Positions 1 through 13,000 are shown, counted from the whole stretch's first letter. The stretch: DNA of 60,692 bases, filler included, from Basidiobolus ranarum (GCA_040143965.1; 4 parts of 4 records of this genome joined end to end with filler, not necessarily neighbours in it), one strand, 5' to 3'. Program-made: numbers and translations. The notes: generated by a model from the letters alone, not told the origin.

Positions 1-486
1 GATGACGGTCGTGGCATAGGAAAAAAATACGGCTACAACAACGGCTTCAAGTTAGGCTTGGCCGCTGCTCTTGCTGAACGAGGAACTGGGAACTACAAAG
101 ACCTCGAAAAGAAGTTTGCTTATAAAACTCATTCTGGCGGCGCCGGTTACGGTAAAGGCTATAAGTATCTCGATAACTTCAAGGGCTATGACTTTGATAG
201 CTCTAAATATGGCTTCAAAGGCGGCAAGTTCAACAAATATGGTTCAGCAGGTATTTCCGGATTTGGAGATGACTCTGAATTCTCTAGTGGCTTTGGTTTA
301 GGATTAGGCTCAGGGAAGGGCTACTCCTCCAGCTCTATTTCCGACTCCTATAATTCTCTAAACCTTGGTGGAAACCATGGTAGTCTCTTTGGTGGCTCAT
401 CCTGGAAAGGTGGCTCCATCCTAAAAGACAAAGAAGATGAGGGTGAGGAAAATGATAAGGATGATGGCAATGACTCAAAGTACTAG
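1..486 (+). CDS. 5'-truncated Gly/Ser/Tyr/Lys/Phe-rich low-complexity protein with acidic C-terminal tail (possibly structural/cell-wall)
   Basis: Frame +1 is open from base 1 (DDGRGIGKKYGYNNGFKLG...) to TAG 484-486; biased G/S/Y/K/F composition, then DKEDEGEENDKDDGND. Confidence 0.6.
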   Translation, partial: DDGRGIGKKYGYNNGFKLGLAAALAERGTGNYKDLEKKFAYKTHSGGAGYGKGYKYLDNFKGYDFDSSKYGFKGGKFNKYGSAGISGFGDDSEFSSGFGLGLGSGKGYSSSSISDSYNSLNLGGNHGSLFGGSSWKGGSILKDKEDEGEENDKDDGNDSKY

Positions 487-933
487 AATACCGTTTTAGT
501 TCTTACACTATGTTGCTATCAGTGGTGTAGATATTTCCAATGAATGCATGTGAAAAGTTCTAGCAACAATAAAGGCTATCAATGAGCTTAGCTCTAAACA
601 AGTGAACTCATCATAAAGAAACCTCTTGATTCCTGACTGAAAAATCAGCTTTTTCAATTAAATTTGGAGTAGAGCTAATTTACAATGAGCATGCCAAATA
701 TCTCTGTTAGCAAAATCCAGATATTCACGTGATGGAGATATATTCCAGTATACATATATCTCCATATTCGTCAGCTAACACTCACATTATTATTATTGGT
801 TCATTCAATCAATCGTTTTTTTTTCAAACTAGCAGACAAAAGGAAATGCTAAGAAAACTTTTTGACTCGTCTCTGCTCCGTGCTAACTCAACCAAAAGTT
901 TCTCGGCGAGTTTAAAACACAAAAGCTGCTGTT

Positions 934-2921
934 ATGGTAAGTTTTCAACGATAAACTCAAATACCAGCACACTATCTACTTTTGTACAAACCATTTGTGG
1001 ACATACATTTCTACCTTACAGTATCCTAATTTCTTGAACCTAATGGAATTTTTTAATTCAGTACCAACCGGAAGATTCTCCTGACAGTGCTGACCTCGCA
1101 GCCGCTTATGAACGTGAGGCTTTAGCTCTTGAACGTGAAGCTTCACAGCAACATGATATATCAGCGTATGAAGATCATGGGGGAATTGCTGTTCAACATC
1201 ATGTTCTTAGTCATTCTCCTAGTATGCACCACAATAATGAAGTTGCCCATGCAGTTATGCATGGTCACATTAAGCATGAAGGCCATGAAATTTCTGTAAG
1301 TTAATACTACTACGCTTCTGAAGAAGCTTCATATACTAAAAGAAAATCTATCCTTGGATAGATTCACCCGGATGATTTCTCGACCATGAACCCTTCTATT
1401 CTCGCCAGCTTAGACACCAACTTGCAAACCTTAGCTGGCCTCGTTAGTATGCCACCATCTGCCAACAATTTATCGTCAGTTCATTCGGGAGTGGCCACAT
1501 CTATCGTCACTAATTCGATAGTCCCTTGTAAGAGAAAAGACCGCGAACGTTGTGCTTGGACACCCGAAGAAGACAATCTCCTTAGATTGGCTGTTCAACT
1601 TTATGGTGATAAAACCGAGAAATGGGCAAAGATTGCCGCTTGTGTCCCTGGTCGCACGAACAAAAATTGTCGTAAAAGATGGTTTCATTCGTTAGATCCT
1701 AGTTTACGTAAAGGTGCATGGACACCTGAGGAGGATGAGTTGCTCAGACAAGGTGTCGAGCGGTATCAAGGCCAGTGGAGCAAAATCGCTGAAGCCATAC
1801 CAGGGCGTACTGATGATCAATGTGCCAAGCGTTGGAGAGAAAGTTTAGATCCTTCAATAGATAGAGCCGAATGGTCTCCTGAAGAAGATGGACTTTTGCT
1901 TGAAAGATATGAAGAGTTAGGAAGTCAGTGGCAAAAGATATCCCAGTTTTTTCCAGGACGACCTGGTTTACACTGCCGAAATCGGTGGAGAAAAATCCAA
2001 CGTAGTATGAATCAAAAAAGTCGCGAAAAAGAAAAGCTCACTCAAGCATTAATGGCGCCTGTTGAAAGTAAATTAACACATGATATACTTCATACACCAG
2101 AATCGATTGTTGGTGCTGATTTTTCAGTTATTGGCCATCCGCACACGTTGTTGCATCAGTCGGAACTTCAATTGGGAGACCATGAAGGTCAGCCTTATGG
2201 CTGTGGTATTGACAACTGTATAGCTAGCTTTGGAGATTCAAGTGGTCTCTTTTATCATATGAAAGTGTCGCATCCTCGAATTGACTCATCTCTAAGGCCA
2301 TACAGATGCGGTTTATTTGGATGCAACAAAAAATACAAAAATATCAATGGTTTGACGTATCATATCAAGCATGCCAAGAACACATCTGGTCATGGTAGTT
2401 CAAGTATTCATGGCGGATTAGATCAAATAGAAAAGCCATATAGATGTCCGCATGAAGGGTGCGATAAGAGTTATCGCAACCCCAATGGTCTACAGTATCA
2501 CCAGAATCATGCTCATGGACCCCAAGAAGACGAGATGGAAAAGCCATTTATTTGCTCAGTCGAAGGCTGCAATAAAACCTATATGAATCCCAATGGGCTA
2601 GCTTATCATTTTCGACATGGCCATCCAGAGGTAATTGTAGATCCATACTGCTCCCTTATGACACGATAACTGATAAGATTTATTGTGTAGCTTCTTGACT
2701 CTAGCTATTTTGCCGTTGCTGATACAGAGCTAACGCCTGAACATGAACAAGTGCACCATCAAGAGGGGCATATTCATTCTGAACATACAATGCAACACGA
2801 TTTTCAAACTCACGAGCACCTGCAGCATCATGAACATACAGAGCACCTTTCACACCATCATGATGAGCTACAGGAGCATCATGGACATGAGCTTACGGAA
2901 GAATTATCACCACTACGCTAG
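934..2921 (+). CDS. Bas1-like three-repeat Myb transcription factor with four Sfp1-type C2H2 zinc fingers and His-rich termini
   Basis: Exons 934-936 (ATG only), 1062-1295, 1362-2630, 2691-2921, with GT-AG introns in frame. Myb repeats WTPEED..W..IA..GRT...CRKRW and RPGLHCRNRWRKI; fingers such as KPYRCPHEGCDKSYRNPNGLQYHQNHAH. Confidence 0.9.
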
Positions 2922-3748
2922 AGGGTAAAGCTAATCAAGTTGCAACTGCAAATAGTTATTGAAAAACAATTTTGTAAAATTTCGTAAAAATTCTAGAAAT
3001 ACATTTCTTTCAATCGATGGTTACTTATGTAATAAATTATTAATTAATGTTTGTTTTTTGTTACTGTTGAGTGGAAACAATCTTCGCCACATTCAACCCA
3101 TTCGCCAGTCGGAATTCCCTACTTTGTCATCGATATTGTATATTTATAGTTTTACCCTTTGAGAAATATGTCACGAAATAGAAATCTTTCTCACCAAGCA
3201 ACATGTGTTTGCTGGAATTCAGTAAGGATATAGCGAATGTATATACTTGATCACCTTGAACTCTAGCTGTCTCATGCTTGCACGATGTGCCATCCTTTCA
3301 TTATGAGGGCCATTACGATCCTCTTGCTTTAGATCAACGGGACTATGATATGGCGATTCTCAACTGATTACTTACGAAGGAAAGCTTACTGAAGAGTTAA
3401 GCTCTTCAACCACCAGGATGCAAAGGTGTTCAAGTAATGATTGAACTCTTCGCGTCCCAATGCAGGAATCGTATCCTTATCATTGTCACTGATGTATGGT
3501 TATGAACGCTATTTCAAAGATGAGTGTCGACACAGCGAAGACTGTTTTTCCAGAATTTATATATGGAGGCATGTGTAGTGCATATCAAGAGAGGCAGAAA
3601 AAGGATGGTTTCTCATGAAAGTGACGTTAAAAGGGATTTTGGATCAATCCGAGTAGTCGGAAGTGATTTGTTTTGTTGAACGAAGAATACATTTGAAACA
3701 TGTTCGTCCCCAATATAATGCCAATCAATTGCAAGTGTATCTAATCAC

Positions 3749-4835
3749 CTACGTATGGAAATACCAGGTGATTACATGACGACTAACATTGAATCCAAAC
3801 AGGGATAAAACGAACAAAACAATGAAGATAGGCAGTGGATAGAGGAAGATTTCGGTATGGGTAAGGAACGGGAGAGCTGGAGAAGATGAAGAGTGAATTA
3901 ATCGCCAGATTATGCCTGGATTGGCGTCAGATAACATACCTTTGTACCCAAGAAACGTCAAATAGTTGTAATATGAGAATGCTACTAGATACATTAGATT
4001 GCCGATGAAAAGGGATATCCAGGAGTCAGTATTAAGAATCGGAAAGAAAAAGAACTGTAAAACATATAGAATAAAGAATATTGGTAGAAACGAGTTGCAG
4101 TGGATGTCGAAGGCATAGTTCCATTCTATGGATTGGTCCACGGCGTATATGGATTGATGCTTGAGAAATCGATTGGCAAATATCCTAGTGTCCACTGTTA
4201 GTATGCTCCAAGCTATATCAAACCGATGAAAATATTTACCGGCATAAAACGGATATAACAAGTCCCACGGCAATAAAGTCAATACACACAATGCGAAGAA
4301 TTAGCTTGACAATTGCTGTGAAGCTACGACCATAACTTATCCCGTAAGCTGCTCCCGAGACTGCAAGTATGAAAAATAAAAGTATTTAGCTTGGACACGA
4401 TAACAAAAGAATTTAAGCGCTTCTAACTTACAAGTCAGGAAAATAGAAAGCAGTAAAATAAATGCAGGATCTTTGCGAGCCCATCTGTTGGTGGTTTCTA
4501 TTAGAAACAAAATGAAGTTGAGGATGACTCTATGTTAAAAGTGGGCCAACTAAGTCTTACGCTTATGCTGATAGATGCTACGATAGCTACAAGTGAAACC
4601 TTTAAGTTATCCATTTAAAGTGGAACGAGACGGTGTTGTTAGTGACTTACACTCTTTGCGGAGCAATACATAGATAAATCATTTGACGTAGCGCGGCTGA
4701 GAAATCCATATCCCTGAAACTGAACACATCTCCTAGCATTCGATTAGATTGTCTTCTTGGACTAAAGTTCTGAACAGGAATTTGCTTGCGATGCTTTCCG
4801 TTCAAAGATGTACTAGCACGATAGGTCGGTAACAT
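3749..4835 (-). CDS. UNC-50/Gmh1 family Golgi membrane protein (multi-exon)
   Basis: MDFSAALRQMIYLCIAPQRV, NRWARKDPAF and EWNYAFDIHCNSF motifs; hydrophobic helices; GT-AG introns. Confidence 0.9.
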
Positions 4836-6078
4836 TTCAAATATCCACCTCTAATCTACATTGAAGAAAGGGAAAGTGCCGCGTTTATAAGCATCAAATG
4901 AATCTCCAGTCAAAGCATGTGGTGCATGAAACTTGCCTTACTTCTGAAGACACTTTAAGTTACTTGATATAAGTAAGAGAGCAATTGAGGTAACTCTTGA
5001 TGCTGACAATATTTGGTAGTTAGCTCTGTGATTTAGCGTCACTAACTATCGATCTTATTCACTCTCCAGATTTGATTAAGACTAAGAGATTTGATTTGGC
5101 ATTGAACTAGTGTGAGGGTTAAATCTACACACAACTTGACTCGTATTCTTGAAATCCTTTCTAATTTTTGATTGTTGATATTAACCTTTTTTCAGCGTAG
5201 TCCATTATTCTGCATAGCCTGATCTCATGGTGTTCAGAGCACACAGGCTTCTTTTGCGGATATGTTTGATGCTCGCCTCGGTTTCTACAATATTGAGCGC
5301 AACTATACTCAGATTAGCTCTGCACTTACCACGCACGTAGTACAATTTGTACTCTCGAAGTTTGCTTCAGAAATCCAACCATGCCCTGCCCTGAATAGTT
5401 AGATGCATTCGGTATGTTGGATCATATACAGTGTGAGCTACGACAATCCCACAAGTGTAGAGGTGATTCGATTTCAAGGTTTGCAACGATGGAGGTTCAT
5501 TCGTGAGCCATAGTCGAGTTCAAATGCCACTTGGAAACATGCTAGGATGTTGCTCAGCACCTATCATCCTTTACTGGTAAACCTTTGAAATACTACGATC
5601 CCTCACAAGTAGAACTTGTTCGAGATCGATGCAAGAGAAACCATAAAAATGCGGGCTCTATTGGTCTGTAATAATGAATCAACCAAGGTCCATCACTGTA
5701 TGAGCAAGGTGCATCATTATGCATTGCTAACAGGGAAAGCTATTTTGAGGATGCATTGTGCGGATCTCAACCTGAACAATGCTAATCGCATCAAAGGTAC
5801 CAACAACACAGCCCGCGTAGGCGGGGTAGGCAATAAGTCTTCGGGCAATTCACGATCATTGTTTGGTAGTGTGCGAGGTAACCTCCGTCGATACATTCAT
5901 CAGAAACTGGATTGGCTACCATTCATGTTAAATAGTTCATGTCGCTTACATTCGCCCCTAGTGGTTGGCCCGTCCCCATTCTTCTACCAATTCTCACTTG
6001 GTTCTTTACTAACATTTTAACCGCTAGTATTTAGCCTTTTGCCTCCTCCGCCACCAATTTCTTTGTTTTCCAGCAGAT

Positions 6079-6910
6079 ATGCAATCCAATGACAACTTCC
6101 TATCTGCGAGTGCGTCACTCATAGACAACTCCGCTGGGGGAGGGCATTTTATCTCTACCTCTAATGGAATGGAGGTTGCCTCATCTCCTTTGGACTATCA
6201 AAAGATCTTGGCCAACAAAGAGATGATACAGGACGCGTTGGTTGGTTCATTGATAGGTGTTTCAGCAACACTAGTAATTGTCGTTGGGGTACTAATATAC
6301 TTGGTCATCTGGATACACAAGCAAAAACAAACTCATTCCGAACAGGTTTTCATGCACCAATATCTTTATACTTCGCCTCACATTAACTTACTTTCCAACC
6401 CAAATGTAGAGGTATGAAACTGGTACTAGGTTTTCATATGATATATCCCCATCTAATCGGGATTCCATTATCCCGGATGACTTTTTACCTGGGCAAATGG
6501 CTGCTCTTATCCCGCCTACAACTGATCGCTCGTCTTTACCACCCGATCAGAGTAAAGAGAAGACAGCTCGGAATGGCTCGCTATTGTATAAAAACCCGTA
6601 TTACCTTCAGCGTTTAGGTGATCAGGTACCCACCACCGATCTGATCGCTACGCCTAGAACTTTCACTAGGACTACTTCTTGGCTTATGAGTAGGCTTTCC
6701 GCCACCAATCTCCCTCATGTAGTTGCCGGATCACGGCGGCCGAAACCAGGGCCAGTTGATACCCATACACCTCCGCAGATAGAAAATAATGAGATTACGC
6801 CGATCATTATGTATCATTCTCCACTTCCACCGTGGACAAAACGTCGACCCGATAGTGCTCTTGCAGCGCACGCTATCGAAGAGGAGCAAGAAAGGGAAGA
6901 TCTCACTTAG
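6079..6910 (+). CDS. Hypothetical single-pass membrane protein; 5' exons probably extend upstream toward ~5227
   Basis: TM segment LVGSLIGVSATLVIVVGVLIYLVIWI followed by basic HKQK; intron 6346-6409 joins in frame to the 6497-6910 ORF; signal-peptide-like ORF at 5227 could not be linked firmly. Confidence 0.55.
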
Positions 6911-7234
6911 AATTAAGTGTATATAGCAGTGGGGCCCACATTAACGTATTAGCGCCTCACTAGCATGGAGATAAAGTAATATACCTTCTATCAGAGTCAA
7001 CAAGGTCACAAGCATCAACAATCCCGAAAAGCTATCCTCAATCAAGCCTTTCATGTACAGCACATATTTCATATTAAACGCGCTCATGCCATTCAAAGAC
7101 TCCAAGGATAAAGGCCATAACCACTAGACATCCATTCCCATCGTTCATATCAAAATAAACATCCTTGTACATGAAAGGTACTTGTGGAATAGAGACTATT
7201 TATTTCTTACTGCTATACAACGCAGTTCTTCGTG

Positions 7235-8728
7235 TTATAAGATTGCATTCAGAACATCAATTAGTTGATCTACCTCGTCAAGAGTATTGTAATGAACCAT
7301 GGAGACTCGCACCACACCTCCATATAACCCTAACTGATCTTCCACCAGTCTCTTAGCATACATATGTCCCCAACGAATGCCAATCTTTTGTGATTTATCC
7401 ACAAGTGCAACTACTTGTTCACTATCAATATCCTTCACAATAAAGCTAACGGTGGGAACTCGCAATTCTGGTTTAGAATCAGGCACTCCAATGATCCTGA
7501 CGGTTTCTTTCGAGTTCAAGAAGTCGATTAATCTTTTGGTTAAAACGCTCTCGTGCTCAGTGATCTTCTGGAAAGCTCGGTTGAGGTTTTCCTGAGTGAT
7601 GGTATTTGAAAGATCTCCGTCCGCTCCGAGTTTGTTGAAATACTCCACTACAGCACCGACAGAATATGTTAGTTCGTAATTCAGGTTGCCTGGCTGAAAT
7701 TTGTATGGATAATCATTCTCCGCAATGAAATAATGATTTAACGAGCCTAGCTCCTGCATGCAGGATTTACGTGAGTAAAGTACTGATATATGAGGCCCGT
7801 AGACTTTGTACCAACTAAACACATAGTAATCAACTTGAAATTCTTGCACATTGACACGCCTAAAAGAGTATGTTATGGTGAGTGAATTAATTTCAAAAAG
7901 GAATTCCCTTAGCCATTACCTGTGTGGACTATACGCAACACCATCTACACAAAGCTCTGCTCCAGGTATTTTGTGAACCATCTCTGCAATCTTCTTTACG
8001 TCGTTGATAGTTCCCAATATATTGGAGCAGTGGGTAACGGCAACCAATCGAGTGTTACTGTTAAGAAGGCCTTCTAAATCGTTCAAGTCAAGTAGCAGTG
8101 TGTCTGGGTTGGCACTCCAATAATTAACCTTTAGACCTTTACGTTCGGCCATCCTGACGAAGGAACCAATATTTGCTAACGAAAGTAAACAAAAATTCAC
8201 TTGATAAAAGGGCATTGATAGGCTGTTTTCATTCAAATAACCTTTTACCTTCATGATCAGTATTTGTGACAATGATTTCTTGACCGGGTTTTAAAGTACA
8301 CTCCATCGCTTTCGATAGATTCGCAAGAAGCTGAGTAGTAGAAGAGCCAAAAATGCATTCCGAAGGCTCCTTTGCATTCATAAATAACTGTGCCGCGCAT
8401 ACTCCCTCATCTACTCTTTTTGAAGCGCTAATGCTAGCCGGATATGTGGCACCCTGATATGTTGTTGAATTGAGAATGGGATTTTGAATGATACAAGCCT
8501 CTATGACTTACCAACTGAACGTTTGTATGTAGGAGATAGTCGGATATCCTTTGCGCAACTGCTTCTAATACCTTTAAAAGTATGTTGGTTAGAACCTTGA
8601 CAAGTAGTTGATGATCGGTAGGTAGGGTAACGCTTCACCTGAGAACCACCAGCATTCTCGAAGTATACAAAACCATTCGAGAGAGCGGGGAAATGTTTCC
8701 GAACCTCGTTGATATTTAGAGGGTTCAT
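7235..8728 (-). CDS. PLP-dependent aminotransferase class V, cysteine-desulfurase-like (VC1184/UstD-related) protein
   Basis: VRKHFPAL..YFENAGGSQV, THCSNILGTIND, VDGVAYSPHR, FSWYKVYGPH (PLP Lys), VRVSMVHYNT; several short introns. Confidence 0.88.
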
Positions 8729-8751
8729 GATAATGAGTTTGCAACTTGTCG

Positions 8752-8816
8752 ACAAGTGTGGATGGTATTTAAGTGAAATATTATAACAAGTGTGGATGGT
8801 ATTTAAGTGAAATATT
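8752..8816. repeat. 31-bp direct repeat (2 copies, 34-bp period) just upstream of the PLP-enzyme start codon
   Basis: acaagtgtggatggtatttaagtgaaatatt at 8752-8782 and 8786-8816. Confidence 0.9.
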
Positions 8817-9313
8817 GTTGAACAAACTTTTCTCATGCTTCGAGAACAGAATGAGTTTACATCATCAGGTGTCATGTCAAACTCCCACCGTATCATACTG
8901 AAATGGCTATTCGATCTACTGACAATCGACTCATCATTATCGGGAATTATTCTACTTTGGGAAAAGGACGATGGTTACACCAACAGTCGACCTTGAATTC
9001 TCACACTCTGTAGTCATTCACAAGCCACAGAAAGAAACGGTCAAATTTGTAGCTCACGTATCCAAAATATAAAAAATAAATTCCTCTCTTATTCTCAGAA
9101 TGGACCAAAACCATTTAGGTCTCCAACATGAACCTGATTGGTAATCAACGGTGTAAATGGTTCAATTTATTAGTGTTCATGCTCAGGTGATTATAATAAT
9201 AGCATGGGAGTCATGTAACAAGCTTCCAGCTAAAGGCAGCTAATCAAAATACCAACTGCAATATACCTGCCTAAATTAAAAAAGAATACAACAGCTTACT
9301 TCCCACCTATTGA

Positions 9314-9665
9314 TCAAACGGAAGTGGTATTCATGTTGCTCTTGTTTTCACGCTTACTTGCATAGTACATCGAGCCTCCCGCAAGGGCCAAAAGTGTAAA
9401 TGTCTGAGAGTAAATTCTATATTTCAAAAACTGTTGTCCAGCAACGCGATTCCCTTTTTTAAGATTTAATGTAGCTCCTACAAGAGTAGCGATTGTAGCC
9501 AATGTACCTAATCCCAAAGATGTTAGCAAGTATTTCGTGCAAGTATCGTTATTTATTATTACCAATGACGACGAGAGGTTGCTCTTTACTATTCTTGATC
9601 ATGCGTTGCCAAGCATTCTCGTAACTGCTTGACTTGAAATCCTCTTCGTAGATTACTGACGACAT
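9314..9665 (-). CDS. RCF1: HIG1-domain respiratory supercomplex factor (Rcf1-like)
   Basis: MSSVIYEEDF..AWQRMIKNSKEQPLVVIG, one intron, then TLATIATLVGA..QQFLKYRIYSQTFTLLAL. Confidence 0.85.
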
Positions 9666-10054
9666 ATGAATAGTCAAGGGAAGAGACTATATTATGCGAA
9701 TCTGAGATAACTTAAGTTGAGGTCATTCCCTCAAAGAATATCCTCATATAAATGGCCGAGCGGAACACTCTTCATTTGTACATATTAAATCCTGAGAGTT
9801 CTGGATTCAATAAACCATCTAGTCTCTTGCTCGTGTGGTGTTTACTAGTGGCTAAGCAGTGAAGTGGATATTAATAGATCAAATTTATTATTCAAATAAT
9901 ACAGGGGGTCACTGATTGAAAATTAATGTTTACCAGTAATCAAATAAATTCTATCCCTACAGAAATAAACAAAAAAGGTGCTTTATTCACAAAATATTAT
10001 CAAAAACAATTATGAAAGCATCATGGGATTATATTTAACATAACGATACAACAA

Positions 10055-13000
10055 TCAATTCTTGCGATTCCTCAGTCGTGTCTGACGAGCTGGAACCTTG
10101 CTACTCGTAGTATTTTTGGATCTACTGGTAGGTTTCGAAACTTCTGATGCCTTTGTGCGCTTGCGCGTAACAGGTGGAATACTTTCCTCTTCTGGCTCTA
10201 TGGTAGCTTTACGCTTGTTGGTTGTTTTCGTACTCCTTGTATGCTTAGGACTAATATTCTCCTCTTGTTTCTTTCCATACTCGACACTGTTGACAACCTT
10301 TGCTCGAGTAACTTTCTTTTCTACTGGGTTGCTTACATCCAATTGTGAGGTTTCTGGAAGTTGCACCTTCTGTCTCAAACTGGAAACATTCTTGCCGGTG
10401 CTAATACTCTTTTTGGAGTTATTACGTTTCGACATGCGACTGGACTGTAAAGATGTATCTTCTATAACTTTAGCTCTGCGTAAGCTTCGTTTAGTAGATT
10501 TTTCTTCAGCGTCCATGTCTTTGACCTGATCATCTTTGACATCGGCCTGTACAGGAGAGATTTTATCATTGGATGAATGCTTGGGAGCACGAGTAGAGCG
10601 AGTTTTACTACTCTTAGTTTCATCAGACTTGGATTTGGCTACATGACTAACGCGACTAGCTCCACGGGTAATGATCCTATCTTCCTCCGCAGCGTTCTTC
10701 TCCGACTGACCAGCCTGTGATACAGCTTCGATGGTAGTCGGGCGCTTACTACGAAGTTCTCTGGGTTCGAATTCAACTTGTGCTAAATCAACGGGTTCCA
10801 ATTGTTCAGTCCGAGGAATATCCTTGATGACACCTACGAGTCTGCCACCACGTGTTTCAAGTGTTTTCCTCGATTTAGCAGCGTTGAGTACTGGCTCTTT
10901 ACCGCTAGTTGCTTGAGTGCGAGTACGACGACTAGCAATTTTTGATGAAGGTTCTATCATATCCTCAGATTTTTCTAGAGTAGATTCTTTTTCTATGATG
11001 TCGTGTGTATTTTTCATAATTGGTTTTCTGACTTTCTTACTAGCACGGGTTGTAGATTGAAGTGCACGAACAGCATCCTCACCTTCATCTCCTTTGTCTT
11101 TCTTCGAGCGTGTTTTGACCTTCTCATCGATATGAGTTTCTGAGATCACTTCGTTTGATTCATCTATTGTTCGCTTGGTACGACGAGTACGTGGTTTAGG
11201 CTGCTCGCTAGGATCTGTAATAGCTGTGTCGATATCTACGTTTTCAATTACAGGTTTAAGTTCCTGTTTAATACTTTGACGAGTAGAACGAGGACGTATA
11301 GGTGTATCAATTTCTTCTGAGATGGCTTCCAGGGCAGTCTCTGTGATTTTTGCTGCTGTAGTTGCTCGCGTGCTAGATCTGGTAGGGCGACTGGTTGCAA
11401 GGCTTTCGTCATCGAGTTCTGGCTTCTCCTTCTTGGAACGTGTAGCCCTTATAGATGATCTAGTGACTCTGGTTTCAACTTGAATGGTCTTTGAAATTGA
11501 TTTGGAAGCTGAACGAGTCATACGTTTAGTAGTGGTATAGGGCTCCTCTTCCGGACTCTGACTGTTGGTATCACCTGACTCCTCTAACCGGCTTTCTCGA
11601 CGCTTTGGTGTCCTTTCGATATCAATTGGAATCATGGTAGAATCAATATCTTCATTTACCTTAGCTTCATGGTTCACTTCTGGTTTTGCTCTATCGTCAT
11701 TAGAAGAGTTATTCTCTCGATCGCTATCGACTAAATCACCATGAAGTCCTTCGGCAGAATTGTCACTAATAGCATTACCATCAGGACTTTCGTTGTCTCC
11801 AACTTGTCCTTTTGGCTGCTCTTCTTGCTCTAATATACTAGCCTCATAGATGGGATCTACATCATTTGACTTAGTTGGCGAAGTGGTTGCATTGTTCAAT
11901 CCCATATCGGTAGATTTTTCATTGACCAATTCACTGGTATTGGGTTTTGGTGAAGTCTTTGATTTCGAAGGAGAACTCAAGTATTCGGATAACGCGGTAG
12001 AATAGCTAGATGGAGTCATTCCACGAATGGGTGTACGAGTTGATCTGGAAGCGAGGGGCGATTCAGGAAGATCATCTTCATTGTCAGATTGAACCGGTGT
12101 AGATAAATGAGGTTCGGATAAGATGTTGGCTATTGCTTCATCTTCTACCATGCTCTTGAGATCTAGCTGCTTGGGATCATTCTTCTCTAGGGTACCCAGA
12201 TCTATAGCAAGTTCTTCGGAATCATTCATAGATTGGACTGTTGTAAGGGTCTCTTCAATATAGTCGGATGATAGAGATTTTCGATTGTTTGTGAGAGGTG
12301 ATGGTGTGGCAAGAAGATCACCCATAGCTTCAACTTGACAAATGCTTTCAACAGAACGACTAGTTAAGTCCAGAGATTTACGTCTGGTTGGCGTGGTGCT
12401 CTCAAACACTATAGTAGAGGACAAGGGATGCTTGGCTGTAGATGTGGCCTTTTTACCGGATTGTGGCAGACTAGACATATTCTCGTGAGCAAGATCCACA
12501 TTTGTGGTGGTTGAATTTGAATCTGAAGTGTTTGCTGATTCAGATGAGGTAATAATATTGCTGCATCCACCGTTAGTAGACTGATCCCGCACATCGGCAG
12601 CATGAGCAATATCAGGTTTCGTGTCAGAGCTTAGAGATCCGTTGCTGGTATGGCTGATTTGCTTGCTGTGAGGGCCCACTTGAGATCTTCCGGAATCCAT
12701 ATTAGATGTAGTATCCAAAGTATTCAAACTATTCGACAAATTAGCTATTGATTCTTCACTTGAGGTGACTACATTGAGCAGGGTAGAAGCTAATTGGAGA
12801 GAGTCATTGGTTTCTTCATTTGTATCTAAAGTAATAGGACTGCTCTCTTTGGCACGGAAATGTTTCAAAACATTTTTTAGTAGTGAAGAGGAAGGGGTTG
12901 CCGGTTTAGAAGCAGAAAAGCCCTTTCTAGGGGTATTTTGCCCAGAAGCAGCCTGCCTTCCCTTCTTCAATGGCGAATTGGGAGGAAGTGCTTTGTCAAA

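Noticed and set aside
3180-3720. Coding-like stretch between the Myb and UNC-50 genes
   Set aside because: Frames examined are interrupted and no family is recognisable
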